From NCBI GenBank assembly GCA_965223265.1, contig OZ244999.1, positions 7,840,001 through 7,904,000 on the forward strand: a DNA stretch of 64,000 nt. Reading direction: 5' to 3'. Made by a program: the position numbers and the translations under genes. Within the stretch, counting starts at the first letter, position 1, and each line of letters starts with the position of its first letter. Source of the DNA: Planctomycetota bacterium (GTDB lineage: Bacteria > Planctomycetota > UBA8108 > SXIK01). A model generated the notes under the pieces. It worked only from the letters and a program-made list of their open reading frames with translations, was not told the origin of the DNA and searched no databases. Below, in pieces: positions 21,729 to 31,172 of the stretch.

Positions 21729-23003
21729 ATGATCAAAAAGAACGAAAACACGTTAACCGTCGAAGGGCCCGTCGTCGAGGGAACGTCACCCCGAGACGAA
21801 CGGTTACGAGTGAAGCGCATCAGCATCGACGTCGAGCGGGGCGTCATTCTCGGCGTCGGAGAACCCGAGGGCGACGCAGACTTGAGTGTCGGCGACGACA
21901 GCGTGATCCTGCCGGGTTTGATCGACGCTCATGTCCACGCGCGAGAAGATCCCAGCGGCGAGGAGAACTACAAAGAAACTTTTCGCAGTGCTGGCGAAGC
22001 TGCAGTTCACGGGGGCGTGACGGCTCTGGTCGAGATGCCGAACAATCGGTGTGCGCCTATCGACGATGCAAGCTACGCGAACAAGCGCAAGTTGACGTCG
22101 TCGAGCCCGGTACCCATCTTGCTGTTCGCTGGCATCGGACCCGGGACACGGCCACTCAGCTTTCCGGTACCTTACAAGGTTTACATGGGCCCCAGCGTCG
22201 GAGATCTCTTTTTCGAATCCGACGATGACATGCGCGAAGCACTCGCGCACTACCGAGGCCAACGCGTAGCGTTCCACGCCGAGGCGCCAGAGATCCTCGA
22301 GGAGTTTCGCGACGCGCCATCGCATCCGCAGCAGCGCCCGCCGCACGCAGAGATCGTCGCGATCGAGAGAGTCATCGAGAGCTGCACGCAGTTTCAGATC
22401 GAACCTCACATATGCCATCTCTCGACTGCAGGCGGGCTCGAAGTGATTCGGGCCGCACGTGAGCGCGGCGTCCGCGTCTCGTGCGAAGTGACGCCGCACC
22501 ATCTCTACTACGACCAAGACAACATTTCGAGCTTCCAGAAGCCTTCGTACCTCCAATGCAATCCGCCGATTCGGTCACGACTTGACCGCATCGCACTACT
22601 GGAAGCCTTTCGTAGCGGGGAAATTGACCTCTTCGCCACGGACCACGCGCCGCACAGTCGCGAGGAGAACGAGGCCGGTATCTCGGGAATTCCCCAGCTC
22701 GACACTTTCGGCCCGTTCCTCTTCTGGCTCCGCTCGGAAGGCGCGTCGTGGACGACGATCCGAAAAGCTTGCTGTGACGCACCAGGTCAGTTTCTCAATC
22801 GCTATCTGCCGCTTCTCCACGGCAGGATCGAGCCGGGCTTCGTCGGTTCGGTGTCGATCCTCAGGAAACAGAGTCGCACCATCCGAAAATCCGAGCTCAA
22901 AACGCAGGCTGGCTGGTCGCCCTTCGAAGGCGTCGATCTCGGCGGGTACGTCAGCCACACCATCGTCCGCGGCAAGCTCTACACGAACCCAATCGCCTCG
23001 TGA
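21729..23003 (+). CDS. pyrC: Dihydroorotase-family amidohydrolase
   Basis: DAHVHAR, GGVTALVEMPN, HICHLS, CEVTPHHL, NPPIR and ATDHAPH motifs. Substrate is inferred. Confidence 0.75.
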   Translation: MIKKNENTLTVEGPVVEGTSPRDERLRVKRISIDVERGVILGVGEPEGDADLSVGDDSVILPGLIDAHVHAREDPSGEENYKETFRSAGEAAVHGGVTALVEMPNNRCAPIDDASYANKRKLTSSSPVPILLFAGIGPGTRPLSFPVPYKVYMGPSVGDLFFESDDDMREALAHYRGQRVAFHAEAPEILEEFRDAPSHPQQRPPHAEIVAIERVIESCTQFQIEPHICHLSTAGGLEVIRAARERGVRVSCEVTPHHLYYDQDNISSFQKPSYLQCNPPIRSRLDRIALLEAFRSGEIDLFATDHAPHSREENEAGISGIPQLDTFGPFLFWLRSEGASWTTIRKACCDAPGQFLNRYLPLLHGRIEPGFVGSVSILRKQSRTIRKSELKTQAGWSPFEGVDLGGYVSHTIVRGKLYTNPIAS

Positions 23004-23138
23004 GTTCGCGTCTTACCGGGCGCTTCAGCGATCGGCTCGATTCATCGCCCACAGACGCCTTTTGTGTTCAAAAGGCCTCCCGCCCGACCGATAGAGGAGA
23101 AAAGGGGCGTCCCACACAAGAGCGTACGACGGCAACAC

Positions 23139-25193
23139 ATGGTCCGGCTCAAAGTATATCGAGACGCAGACAAGGTCGAAGAGGTCGTCGTCGAAGACGA
23201 GCTTCTGACGATCGGCCGTGATCCCAGCAGTGGTTTGGTCCTTTCCGACCACAGCGTCTCACGTCACCACGCTCAGATCGAGCCGCGAGGTAATTTTCAC
23301 CTCATCCGGGACAACAACAGCACCAACGGCACGTTCGTCAACGAGATGCTCGTGCGCCTTCAGGTGTTGACCCCTGGCGATACGATCCGCGTTGGCAAGT
23401 ATCTTCTCGCCGTCGACGAGGACCACGCCCGCTCCGGAGACACGACGCGCGTACGTGTTGAGCGCCTGTCCTTCCCCGGCCAGTCACGTGACGAAGACAT
23501 CGACGGGCTCTGCCCCGACGAAGAGCCTGACCACAGCTTTGACGCGCTGCTTCGGTTGCAGGAGACGCAGCGAAAACTTGGTCACCTCGACACGACCCAG
23601 GGCCTGCTAGACCGTGCGCTCGACATCCTTCTGACGGAACTGAAAGCTGACCGTGGCAGTATCCTTCTGCCTCCGAGCCCCACGACAACGCCCACGCCTG
23701 GGGAACTCGAGCCGGCGGTGGTGCTGACGAGACCGCGTGAAGATTCCGACGGTGACGGCGAAGAGGGCACACCGGGAGACCCCGACGAGCTCGTGATTCC
23801 GCAGGAGCTTCTCGAGGAAGCCGTGGCCTTCGGCGACAGCGTCGATTTCTCGCTCCCCAAGACGAGCGGCGACGGCGGCGTTGCCTGCCTGGCCTGCCCG
23901 CTCGCCGACCAAGATCGGTTCCTAGGGGTGCTCTACATCGAACGACGCGGACGCGATCAGGGCTTTCGTGCCGAGGATGGGAAGCTGCTGGCAGCGATCG
24001 CCGGTCAGATCAGCACCGGACTCGTCAACGCTCAGCTCTACGCGGAATTCCAGGGATCACAAGGTCAGATCCAAGCGATCTTCTCGAGCCTCAGTGACGG
24101 TGTGCTCGTCACGGACAACGCATTCAAAATCATCGAAGCCAACGCTGCCGCGACGGTGCTCCTTGAGTTCAGCAAGAACAATCTTCTCGGCGAGTCACTG
24201 CACGATCTCCTCGCTCAGCACGAGGTTCGGCCAAAGATGGACTTGCTGTTGAGTACGGAGAGCTGCGTGGAACGTAGCGTCTTCGAAGTGAAAGTGATGA
24301 ACGCGGACAGCCGCAGCGTACAGCGCGTCCTCGGCGGCAGCATCGTGCGATATCCAAGACAAAATGTCGCCGAGACACGGGGCTACGTGATCACGCTTCG
24401 GGATCGCTCCCAGGCCTGGCGGCTCGAACAGATAAAGAGTGAGTTCATAGAGAAGGTCGCCCACAAGCTCCGCACTCCATTGACAGTCCTGCGTGCCAAT
24501 CTTCCGATTCTCCGTAACTGCATCCGAGAATCCGGCTCCGCCGAGACCCTCGAAGTGCTGAAGGAGATCGATCGCAGCTCGAATGCGCTCTGCGGCCTCG
24601 TGGACCGCTTTGTCGATTTCACAGAAATGGGCGACACTTCCATCGAGGAGGGCCTTCCGAGCCAGCCCATTCAACTCCGCTCCGTTCTTCGTGACCTTGT
24701 TCGAGATCACGAAGAGGCGTGGAAGGCGAAGAATATCAGCATCATTGACCGCATCGCGAGTGACATCTCGCGGGTCGACGCTCATGTGGCGCAGCTCTCT
24801 AAGGCTCTCTCTCACATCATCGACAACGCCATCAAGTTTTGCGACCAAGACGGTTCCATCACCGTTGAAGCGCGAGACGAGAACGGCTTGATTAGAGTCG
24901 ATATCAGCAATACCGGGCCAAGTATCGATCCACAGGAGATCGAGTCGGTGTTTTACGTAGGCCATCAGATTGATTCGGAACAAACCGGGCAAGTTCCTGG
25001 CGTCGGTCTAGGGCTGACGATCTCACGCCATGTCATCAAAAGCTATGGTGGGGAGATCCGGCTCACCAGCCCTTCCCGACCCGGAAGTTCCGGAACGACC
25101 GTGACTGTGCTGTTACCCCAATCAAGTATCACGACCCCGGTCGCAACGGAATCTTCACAAGTGAAGTCGCCGGTTGCGGCGATCGAGGATTAA
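23139..25193 (+). CDS. Cytoplasmic FHA-GAF-PAS histidine kinase
   Basis: FHA (IGR..SVSRHHA..STNGTFVN), GAF (GVLYIE..F..ED), PAS-like region, HKLRTPL H-box, NAIKF and GVGLGL. Confidence 0.88.
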   Translation: MVRLKVYRDADKVEEVVVEDELLTIGRDPSSGLVLSDHSVSRHHAQIEPRGNFHLIRDNNSTNGTFVNEMLVRLQVLTPGDTIRVGKYLLAVDEDHARSGDTTRVRVERLSFPGQSRDEDIDGLCPDEEPDHSFDALLRLQETQRKLGHLDTTQGLLDRALDILLTELKADRGSILLPPSPTTTPTPGELEPAVVLTRPREDSDGDGEEGTPGDPDELVIPQELLEEAVAFGDSVDFSLPKTSGDGGVACLACPLADQDRFLGVLYIERRGRDQGFRAEDGKLLAAIAGQISTGLVNAQLYAEFQGSQGQIQAIFSSLSDGVLVTDNAFKIIEANAAATVLLEFSKNNLLGESLHDLLAQHEVRPKMDLLLSTESCVERSVFEVKVMNADSRSVQRVLGGSIVRYPRQNVAETRGYVITLRDRSQAWRLEQIKSEFIEKVAHKLRTPLTVLRANLPILRNCIRESGSAETLEVLKEIDRSSNALCGLVDRFVDFTEMGDTSIEEGLPSQPIQLRSVLRDLVRDHEEAWKAKNISIIDRIASDISRVDAHVAQLSKALSHIIDNAIKFCDQDGSITVEARDENGLIRVDISNTGPSIDPQEIESVFYVGHQIDSEQTGQVPGVGLGLTISRHVIKSYGGEIRLTSPSRPGSSGTTVTVLLPQSSITTPVATESSQVKSPVAAIED

Positions 25194-25367
25194 CACCGCG
25201 TTGGAAAACTCATTCGGCGAAAACGCCTTACCCCCCACCTCCAGATCGACCAGGTCTTGCGGCGAACCTGCACGAGGTCTCCTCTGCTGTTCGCGCCTCG
25301 TCCTGACGACTGGGCGGTCCCACCTCGCAACTGAGGTGCCTAGCGCGAACAGCCGAGGAGTGTCGAG

Positions 25368-26471
25368 TTGAGTCACGCCTCCGACCATACCTCAGTCAAG
25401 GTCAGCGCCCCGCCTAACGGCGACTCGTCCACTCACGTGGCGCATCCGTCCGAGGAAAAGACGGAGGTGGCGGTACCGGGCAGTTCCTCGAAACCGGGCT
25501 CCGCGTCGAAATCCAGACGCACGGACGCGGTCGCGGACCTCGAGTACCTAAAGATCCAGCTCGAGAAGAAGGAGCGCGAGTGCGAGGCGGCGGAGCACAC
25601 GTTGCTCGAACTGCGCTCGGAGCTCAACGCCACTCGCAAGGACTATTCGGCGCGCAATGCCGACGGTCAACTCGAGATGGACACGATGCACTCGCTCCTC
25701 GAGAAGAGCCGCGACGAGCTCGAGCGCCTGAAGAAGGAAATTGACTACCAGAAACGCTCCAACAAGGCCCTGAAGTCGCAAAACTTGCGCCTTCAATATC
25801 AGCTGAATCTATGGGGCATCCCGGTTTGCGCCGGTGAAGAGATCAAAGTTCCGGACGGAGAAACTCACGAAGGCCGACTCTTCTTTCCGAAGCTCAGCGC
25901 GCTCGTCGAGGGGCTCGACCCGATTCCGGTCGTCCTTCGCGGCGACATCTACACCTTCGGATTTCCGAATCTGCTGAGTTTCTTGGCCAACAGCAACCTC
26001 ACCGGGGTGTTGACCACCGTGAGCGACGGAGTCGTCACAAAGCTCTACATCGAACGTGGCATCCTCCGCCTTTGCGGCTGGAACCACGAAGATATGGAGC
26101 TGAGTCTATCGACGCTTCTCGCCGAATCGAAGCTGGTCTCCTCTAGCATCTTGGAGCAGCGCCGCGAGCCGCTTTATGACCTCGAGCTCGCGATCATCCT
26201 ACTGCAGGAGGACGGCGTCTCTGAATCGCTGATCCAGTCCGGTCTTTGCGAGCACGCCCGCGTGATCTTGGCGTACCTCTTCCACATGGACCGCGGCGCC
26301 TTCTTCTTCCAGTCGGGAATCCTGCGCCGGCAACGCTACTTGCAGTTCGATCTGCCGATCATGGATCTACTGCTCTCCACAGCAGCCGAGGTTGATGAAA
26401 AAACCCGGATCGGCCTGGTGGGGAGCGGCGAAGAAGAGAACGAAGAAGAGAACGAAGACGACGCGGAATGA
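25368..26471 (+). CDS. Coiled-coil protein with DUF4388-like domain
   Basis: Long heptad-rich N-terminal half, then LRGDI..FGFPNLLSFLA....TGVL...LYIERG...GAFFFQ pattern. Confidence 0.7.
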   Translation: MSHASDHTSVKVSAPPNGDSSTHVAHPSEEKTEVAVPGSSSKPGSASKSRRTDAVADLEYLKIQLEKKERECEAAEHTLLELRSELNATRKDYSARNADGQLEMDTMHSLLEKSRDELERLKKEIDYQKRSNKALKSQNLRLQYQLNLWGIPVCAGEEIKVPDGETHEGRLFFPKLSALVEGLDPIPVVLRGDIYTFGFPNLLSFLANSNLTGVLTTVSDGVVTKLYIERGILRLCGWNHEDMELSLSTLLAESKLVSSSILEQRREPLYDLELAIILLQEDGVSESLIQSGLCEHARVILAYLFHMDRGAFFFQSGILRRQRYLQFDLPIMDLLLSTAAEVDEKTRIGLVGSGEEENEEENEDDAE

Positions 26472-26482
26472 CGCGGAGCTTC

Positions 26483-27916
26483 TCAGCGACCGTGGCGCGC
26501 GAAGGCACGAAACACGCGCGCAACACGACCGACCAACCGGCGAACTCCGACCCTCGCAGTGAAATTGAATCGATAGTCGAGAGTCTCAGGTAGCGTGAGC
26601 TCACAGATGCGGCGGTAGAGGCGACATCGATCCCGCCTCGAGGGCACGGGAGCCCCCAGTCCCGTGACGAGGAGCTCGCGGCAGTTGAACGGCGAAAACA
26701 CGCGCCGCACGCACTCCTGTGTCTGGTAATCCGTGGCGTTCCAGTTTCCGACCCGCTGCTCCCAGTAGAAGAGGTCGACCGGATCGAATCCGAGTGTCGT
26801 CGGGATTTGCGATAGCCACTCATCGATGGCCTCCTCGGCGCGCTTCGACTCGAATCCACAAACCGAAGCGAGGGCGGACGCCTGGACGATTCGTTCCTTG
26901 TTGCGGACACTCAAAAAATAGCTGCGAACGATTTCTGACGCCGTGCCCTCGACAAAAAAAGCGTCCGGTGGTGCGAAACGTCGGTAGGAATAGGCGTTCA
27001 GTCGCCCTAGACCGGTAACCATGTGAGAAGCGAGACCATCGAACCCCGCAAGAAAATCCTCTGGAGGCTCGTCGCAGCGTTCCACCGAGTAAGGAATCGA
27101 GAAACGCCTCGTTAGCTTGTGACACGTGTCGATGTCGAACGACGGCACGCCTGGATACGCCATGGTGTACGTCTGGATTTCTCGATGCAGCGGTTTGGCC
27201 ACCGCCAGCAGAGTGCGGCTGTCGTAGCCGCCCGTGAGAGCGAGATAGAGCTGGAAGCGGCGCGCCGCGGCGCGCAAGAGCCCGTCGAGCATTCGGGCCA
27301 TGGTTCGCGCCGCGGACTCGACGTCGACTGGAGCGACAGACTCCAGTGGCCAAAACCTTGACGGTCGCTTGTGCTCGACGTCCAAATAGAAATTCGGCCA
27401 GCTATGCCGCACTTCGGGATACGACGTCAGCGCCCCCGGCCACCAATCGCCCGCCGGCGTACGACGGAATTCGGCGATCAACGCGTCGTCGAGCTCCAGG
27501 CCACACTCCATGGCGATGATCGACGGAAGGCTACTGACCCAGAGGTGACCGTCGATCTCGGCGTAGTGGATCGGCACCGACCCAGTCGCGTCGGGATAAA
27601 TCCGAATGCCGCTTTTGTCGCGGGCGATCAGAGACCATCTGCCTCCAAGGGTGGCCGTCGCTGCCTCGAGCGCCGCGAAGTTCGAAAACCGTTCGAAAAG
27701 CCGGTTCGCGACGTCCTCATTGGTGAGCTCGGGATGATCGGCGTCGAAGAGTTCGCCGATGCAAAGAAGTTGCCGGTCCTCGTCGCTTCGCGCGCAGACA
27801 GACAAATCCGGGTGGGCAGCAAAGACGTGCTGTGCGACGCCGCGGGTGGGCCATTCAAAGCGCGTCGGAGCACGCGGGCCAAATAAATACTGTCGCCGGA
27901 AGAAGTCGATTTCCAT
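26483..27916 (-). CDS. Asparagine-synthetase-like (adenine nucleotide alpha hydrolase) protein
   Basis: GGRWSLI..DATGSVPIHY, PP-loop-like LTGGYDSR, DLFYWEQRVGNW and SPFNCRELL motifs. No N-terminal Cys. Confidence 0.7.
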   Translation of the reverse strand: MEIDFFRRQYLFGPRAPTRFEWPTRGVAQHVFAAHPDLSVCARSDEDRQLLCIGELFDADHPELTNEDVANRLFERFSNFAALEAATATLGGRWSLIARDKSGIRIYPDATGSVPIHYAEIDGHLWVSSLPSIIAMECGLELDDALIAEFRRTPAGDWWPGALTSYPEVRHSWPNFYLDVEHKRPSRFWPLESVAPVDVESAARTMARMLDGLLRAAARRFQLYLALTGGYDSRTLLAVAKPLHREIQTYTMAYPGVPSFDIDTCHKLTRRFSIPYSVERCDEPPEDFLAGFDGLASHMVTGLGRLNAYSYRRFAPPDAFFVEGTASEIVRSYFLSVRNKERIVQASALASVCGFESKRAEEAIDEWLSQIPTTLGFDPVDLFYWEQRVGNWNATDYQTQECVRRVFSPFNCRELLVTGLGAPVPSRRDRCRLYRRICELTLPETLDYRFNFTARVGVRRLVGRVARVFRAFARHGR

Positions 27917-28041
27917 GGTCGTCGGGCGGTCTGCGTGCTGCTCAAGCGGGGCTGTTCGAAATGTGGCCCGCTATTGTAGCCGGAACTATTGTGGCGGCGT
28001 CCACAATTCGTACCGGGGCACGATCAATCCCTGACGAGTTT

Positions 28042-28395
28042 TCACACGAAGATGACTTCAGGCACGTTCCCGACTTCCACTGCGACGACCACTTCGCTGA
28101 GGATCCGCGTTTCGCGCTCCGCGACTTCAAGAACGAATGGCATTCCGACTCGGACGTCCCCGGCGAGTGTCCCCCGGAATTTGTCTCCCAAATCGAGACT
28201 CTCCTTGGAGCTCGAGAACCGCTGCATGACCATCGTGTTGGTATCGCTCTCGTCCAGATGCTCTCTGACAACCCAGCGACAGCCCTCCTGGTCCATCTCG
28301 GACAGCCAGTAGATCGTCCCGCCCTGCGTTTCTATCCGACAACTCGAAGGGTCGCTCTCGGAAAAGACATTGCCTTGCGCCTGTGACTCAGTCAT
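28042..28395 (-). CDS. Hypothetical protein
   Basis: 117-aa frame with natural amino-acid composition; no recognisable family. Confidence 0.55.
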   Translation of the reverse strand: MTESQAQGNVFSESDPSSCRIETQGGTIYWLSEMDQEGCRWVVREHLDESDTNTMVMQRFSSSKESLDLGDKFRGTLAGDVRVGMPFVLEVAERETRILSEVVVAVEVGNVPEVIFV

Positions 28396-29089
28396 GGGTT
28401 CCCCCAATCGAAGTATGTATTCTCTGGTTCGCGGCGCACGCAGATTCGTGCAATCGCTTCCTTCTTGAGCCCGCACACGAGGTTCGGGACGCCTAAACTC
28501 ACCTGCGTCTTTCACAGAGACAGACCGTGACATCGTCTGCCGACCTTACGAGCCTGACGGCTCGGGCCTCGCGAGGAGTCTGTGAAAATTGCGGGCTAAC
28601 GCAGCTATCGGGAATCGCCACCGCGAACTTGAGGGACTGAGGTGCGAAGCGGGCGACGGTTGCGGTAAAGCTGTAGCCTGCGACCAGTGGTCCAGGGCCG
28701 AGACGAGTGCGGCGAGCGACTCAGGCGCGCCCCAACAGCCGGCATCTTTGCGGAACAAGCTGACTCGGCGCCAGCGCTAACAGAAAGACCGCAAGAGAGT
28801 CCATCGGCTCGCCGAAGCACGCGGTTTGACCCGGTCAGCGCTCAGCTGCCGTGTCGGCGCGCCTGCGGTTACTGACGCACTCTTCGCGGTCCGCGCTTGC
28901 CACTGGCTCGCAGGGCGCTGCGGGCGGCGGCGCAGCACCCGTTCCCACAGAGATAGAACGTGCCGGAAAAATCTGCCGGGCGGAATCTCACCGAACGACC
29001 GCACGCACCGTGGCCCAACAGCGGCACGACAACACCGCCGTACAACCAGGCGCGACGGGGAGACATCCCACGAGAGGGAGGTCACCTGG

Positions 29090-29142
29090 AAAAAAAGAGG
29101 CGGGGCTGGGAAAAAGATCCGTTCTCCGCCAGCCCCCCGCTC
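29090..29142 (-). terminator. Intrinsic terminator
   Basis: Minus strand: GAGCGGGGGGCTGG...CCAGCCCCGCCTC followed by T7. Confidence 0.8.
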
Positions 29143-29362
29143 TGACGCAACGGCACGGGGAATACACCCGACGCCGTCACCGTGCGCTTCACCTCTCTAT
29201 CCCTCTTTCAATCGCCTCCTTGCCGGACTCTCTGAGACGAGATCGCTGAGCTTCGCTCTGTCGACTTGTCTCAGTTTGTCATGCTGCGCGCTTCATGCCA
29301 AGACTCGCAGCTAGCGAAAGTGACTGCAGTGAGAAGTGAAGTGAAAGCACTCTTCAAATGTG
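29090..29362 (-). ncRNA. Candidate structured non-coding RNA (~270 nt), family not recognised
   Basis: Bounded by a sigma70-like promoter and an intrinsic terminator, with no credible ORF and several helices (CTGAGAC/GTCTCAG, GAGC-GAA-GCTC, GCACGG/CCGTGC). Confidence 0.6.
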
Positions 29363-29368
29363 GCCGTG

Positions 29369-29397
29369 ATCGTACCTGTGTACCGATTTGATGTCAA
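29369..29397 (-). promoter_or_regulatory. Near-consensus sigma70 promoter
   Basis: TTGACA (29397-29392), 17-nt spacer, TACGAT (29374-29369). The -35 lies within the palindrome TGTCAAG-cagt-CTTGACA (29392-29409). Confidence 0.75.
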
Positions 29398-29689
29398 GCA
29401 GTCTTGACACGATGATTGCGCCGGCCATTCGACGCGCATCTCTACGTTCTATCGCCTTTCCGCCATCACCTCCTTGAGGATGCTTTCTGTGTTCGCGCAG
29501 ACTCTCCTTGACTGATGGTATTCGTTCGTCAACCGTAGAGACGCGTCAAGCGGCATCGGTTCGTCACGGACAAGCGCGATCAACAGAGTCGTCAGCGACG
29601 CGTTCTGTCTCCAGCCGCACCCAGCGTTTGCGGTCGCCAACGCAAGGCGCCACTTCTCGACTAACGCATTCCTCCAGGCTGTAACCCAC

Positions 29690-30421
29690 GTGAAGCTCTC
29701 TGTCGTCATCCCGGCCTACAACGAAGAACGGTGCATCGAGTCATCGCTGGCAAGGGTGACGTCGTTTTGTTCGCGGAACGCAGAGAGTTGGGAGGTGATC
29801 GTCGTTGACGACGGCAGCTCCGATGCCACCGCGGCAAGGGCGGAATCTTTCGCCGGCGTTCGCTGCCTGCGCAACGGCACGAATCAGGGCAAGGGGTACT
29901 CGGTTCGCCGGGGTGCGCTGGAGGCGAAATTCGACTACGTCGTCTTTACCGACGCCGACCTCTCTGCACCCATCGAGGAAGTACGCCGACTGATCCGCGC
30001 CGCCGACGAGGGCGCTGATCTGGCGATTGGCTCACGGCGCTTTGACGTCACGACGACCGTACGTCGCACCCCTCTACGGCGGCTCATGGCCGCCGTTTTT
30101 CGCCTGCTCGTGAAGGTCTTGGTCGTCCGGGGTATCGAGGATACCCAGTGTGGGTTCAAACTCTTTCGCCGTGACGCGGCGCGCTACGTCTTTTCGCGGC
30201 AACGATTGGGCGGCTGGGGGTTTGACGTGGAGCTACTTTATATCGCGCGAAGCGGGGGTTATCGAATCGTCGAGGAGCCGGTGAGCTGGACGGAATCGGA
30301 ACAGAGTCGTCTTCAATGGCACACCCCCTTCACAATGGCCGTCGATCTCGTCCGTATTCGTTGGAACGCGTGCCTCGGGCGCTACAAAGCTCCGAAGGAT
30401 CGGGCCGCGGACGAGCGCTAA
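29690..30421 (+). CDS. GT2 glycosyltransferase, dolichyl-phosphate beta-glucosyltransferase-like
   Basis: LSVVIPAYNEE, VDDGSSD, NQGKG, FTDADLS, DTQCGFKLF and GFDVELL motifs. Confidence 0.92.
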   Translation: MKLSVVIPAYNEERCIESSLARVTSFCSRNAESWEVIVVDDGSSDATAARAESFAGVRCLRNGTNQGKGYSVRRGALEAKFDYVVFTDADLSAPIEEVRRLIRAADEGADLAIGSRRFDVTTTVRRTPLRRLMAAVFRLLVKVLVVRGIEDTQCGFKLFRRDAARYVFSRQRLGGWGFDVELLYIARSGGYRIVEEPVSWTESEQSRLQWHTPFTMAVDLVRIRWNACLGRYKAPKDRAADER

Positions 30422-30494
30422 AGCTCAAGCCGGAAATCGAAATTGGCGCGACGCGACCACCCTCGGAGTGGCGAGCGCTTCTTCACGTCGCTGA

Positions 30495-30836
30495 TCACCA
30501 GCAGCTCCACCAATACCCGTGCACGGGATAGTAACGATGCCCGTAGTACGGGTCATGATAATAGCGGTGGACGTCGACGCGGTAACGCCGCGTCTCAAGC
30601 ATGTAGTCGATCACCGCGTGATCAACTCCAGCTTCATGTAGCCGAATGACTTCGGCAGCGTCGAGCTCGTAAATCGTCCGTGAGTGAGCTATCCGGTCGA
30701 TGATCGTCTGCGCGGGCGTCTCTGCCTGCGACAGGCGGACCACCTCGTCGAGAGTCACAGGCTCCGGCAAAACAACCTGCGGGTAATGACAAGAAGCGAG
30801 CAGCAGGCAAGTGGCCAGTAGACAGCATCGCAACAT
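30495..30836 (-). CDS. Putative lipoprotein
   Basis: Lipobox LLASC; VTLDEVVRLSQA...IIDRI...L..AGV...VIDYM pattern; Tyr/His-rich tail. Confidence 0.75.
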   Translation of the reverse strand: MLRCCLLATCLLLASCHYPQVVLPEPVTLDEVVRLSQAETPAQTIIDRIAHSRTIYELDAAEVIRLHEAGVDHAVIDYMLETRRYRVDVHRYYHDPYYGHRYYPVHGYWWSCW

Positions 30837-31172
30837 TCGGATGGCCTCGAAGGATCGGTGAAAACCAGGACCGCCCTGTTTGATTCTATCGTTTCGCCGC
30901 AGGAGCAGCCACAAAATCATACCCGCAAGCTCTTCCATGCTGCCGCCGGCCTTCGTCGACCCTTGCCTAGCGAAGCGACAGTCGGCCGGCGAAAGCTAGA
31001 GACACGTCCGCTCTTCGCTTCTTCCGATAGAGATGCGCAGCATCCTTGAACGTCGGAACATCTCAACGCCCCCAGCCTCGAACGTCGAAGAACGAAGGGG
31101 GTCCACCGACACCCGTTGGGCGTCTTTCCGCCCCCGCTGTGGGCATTTCGTGAAGGTTAGGATTTAGTCATC

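Noticed and set aside
28540-29085. Several 60-160 aa ORFs in the long intergenic region
   Set aside because: No RBS or motif support and mutually overlapping; treated as non-coding.
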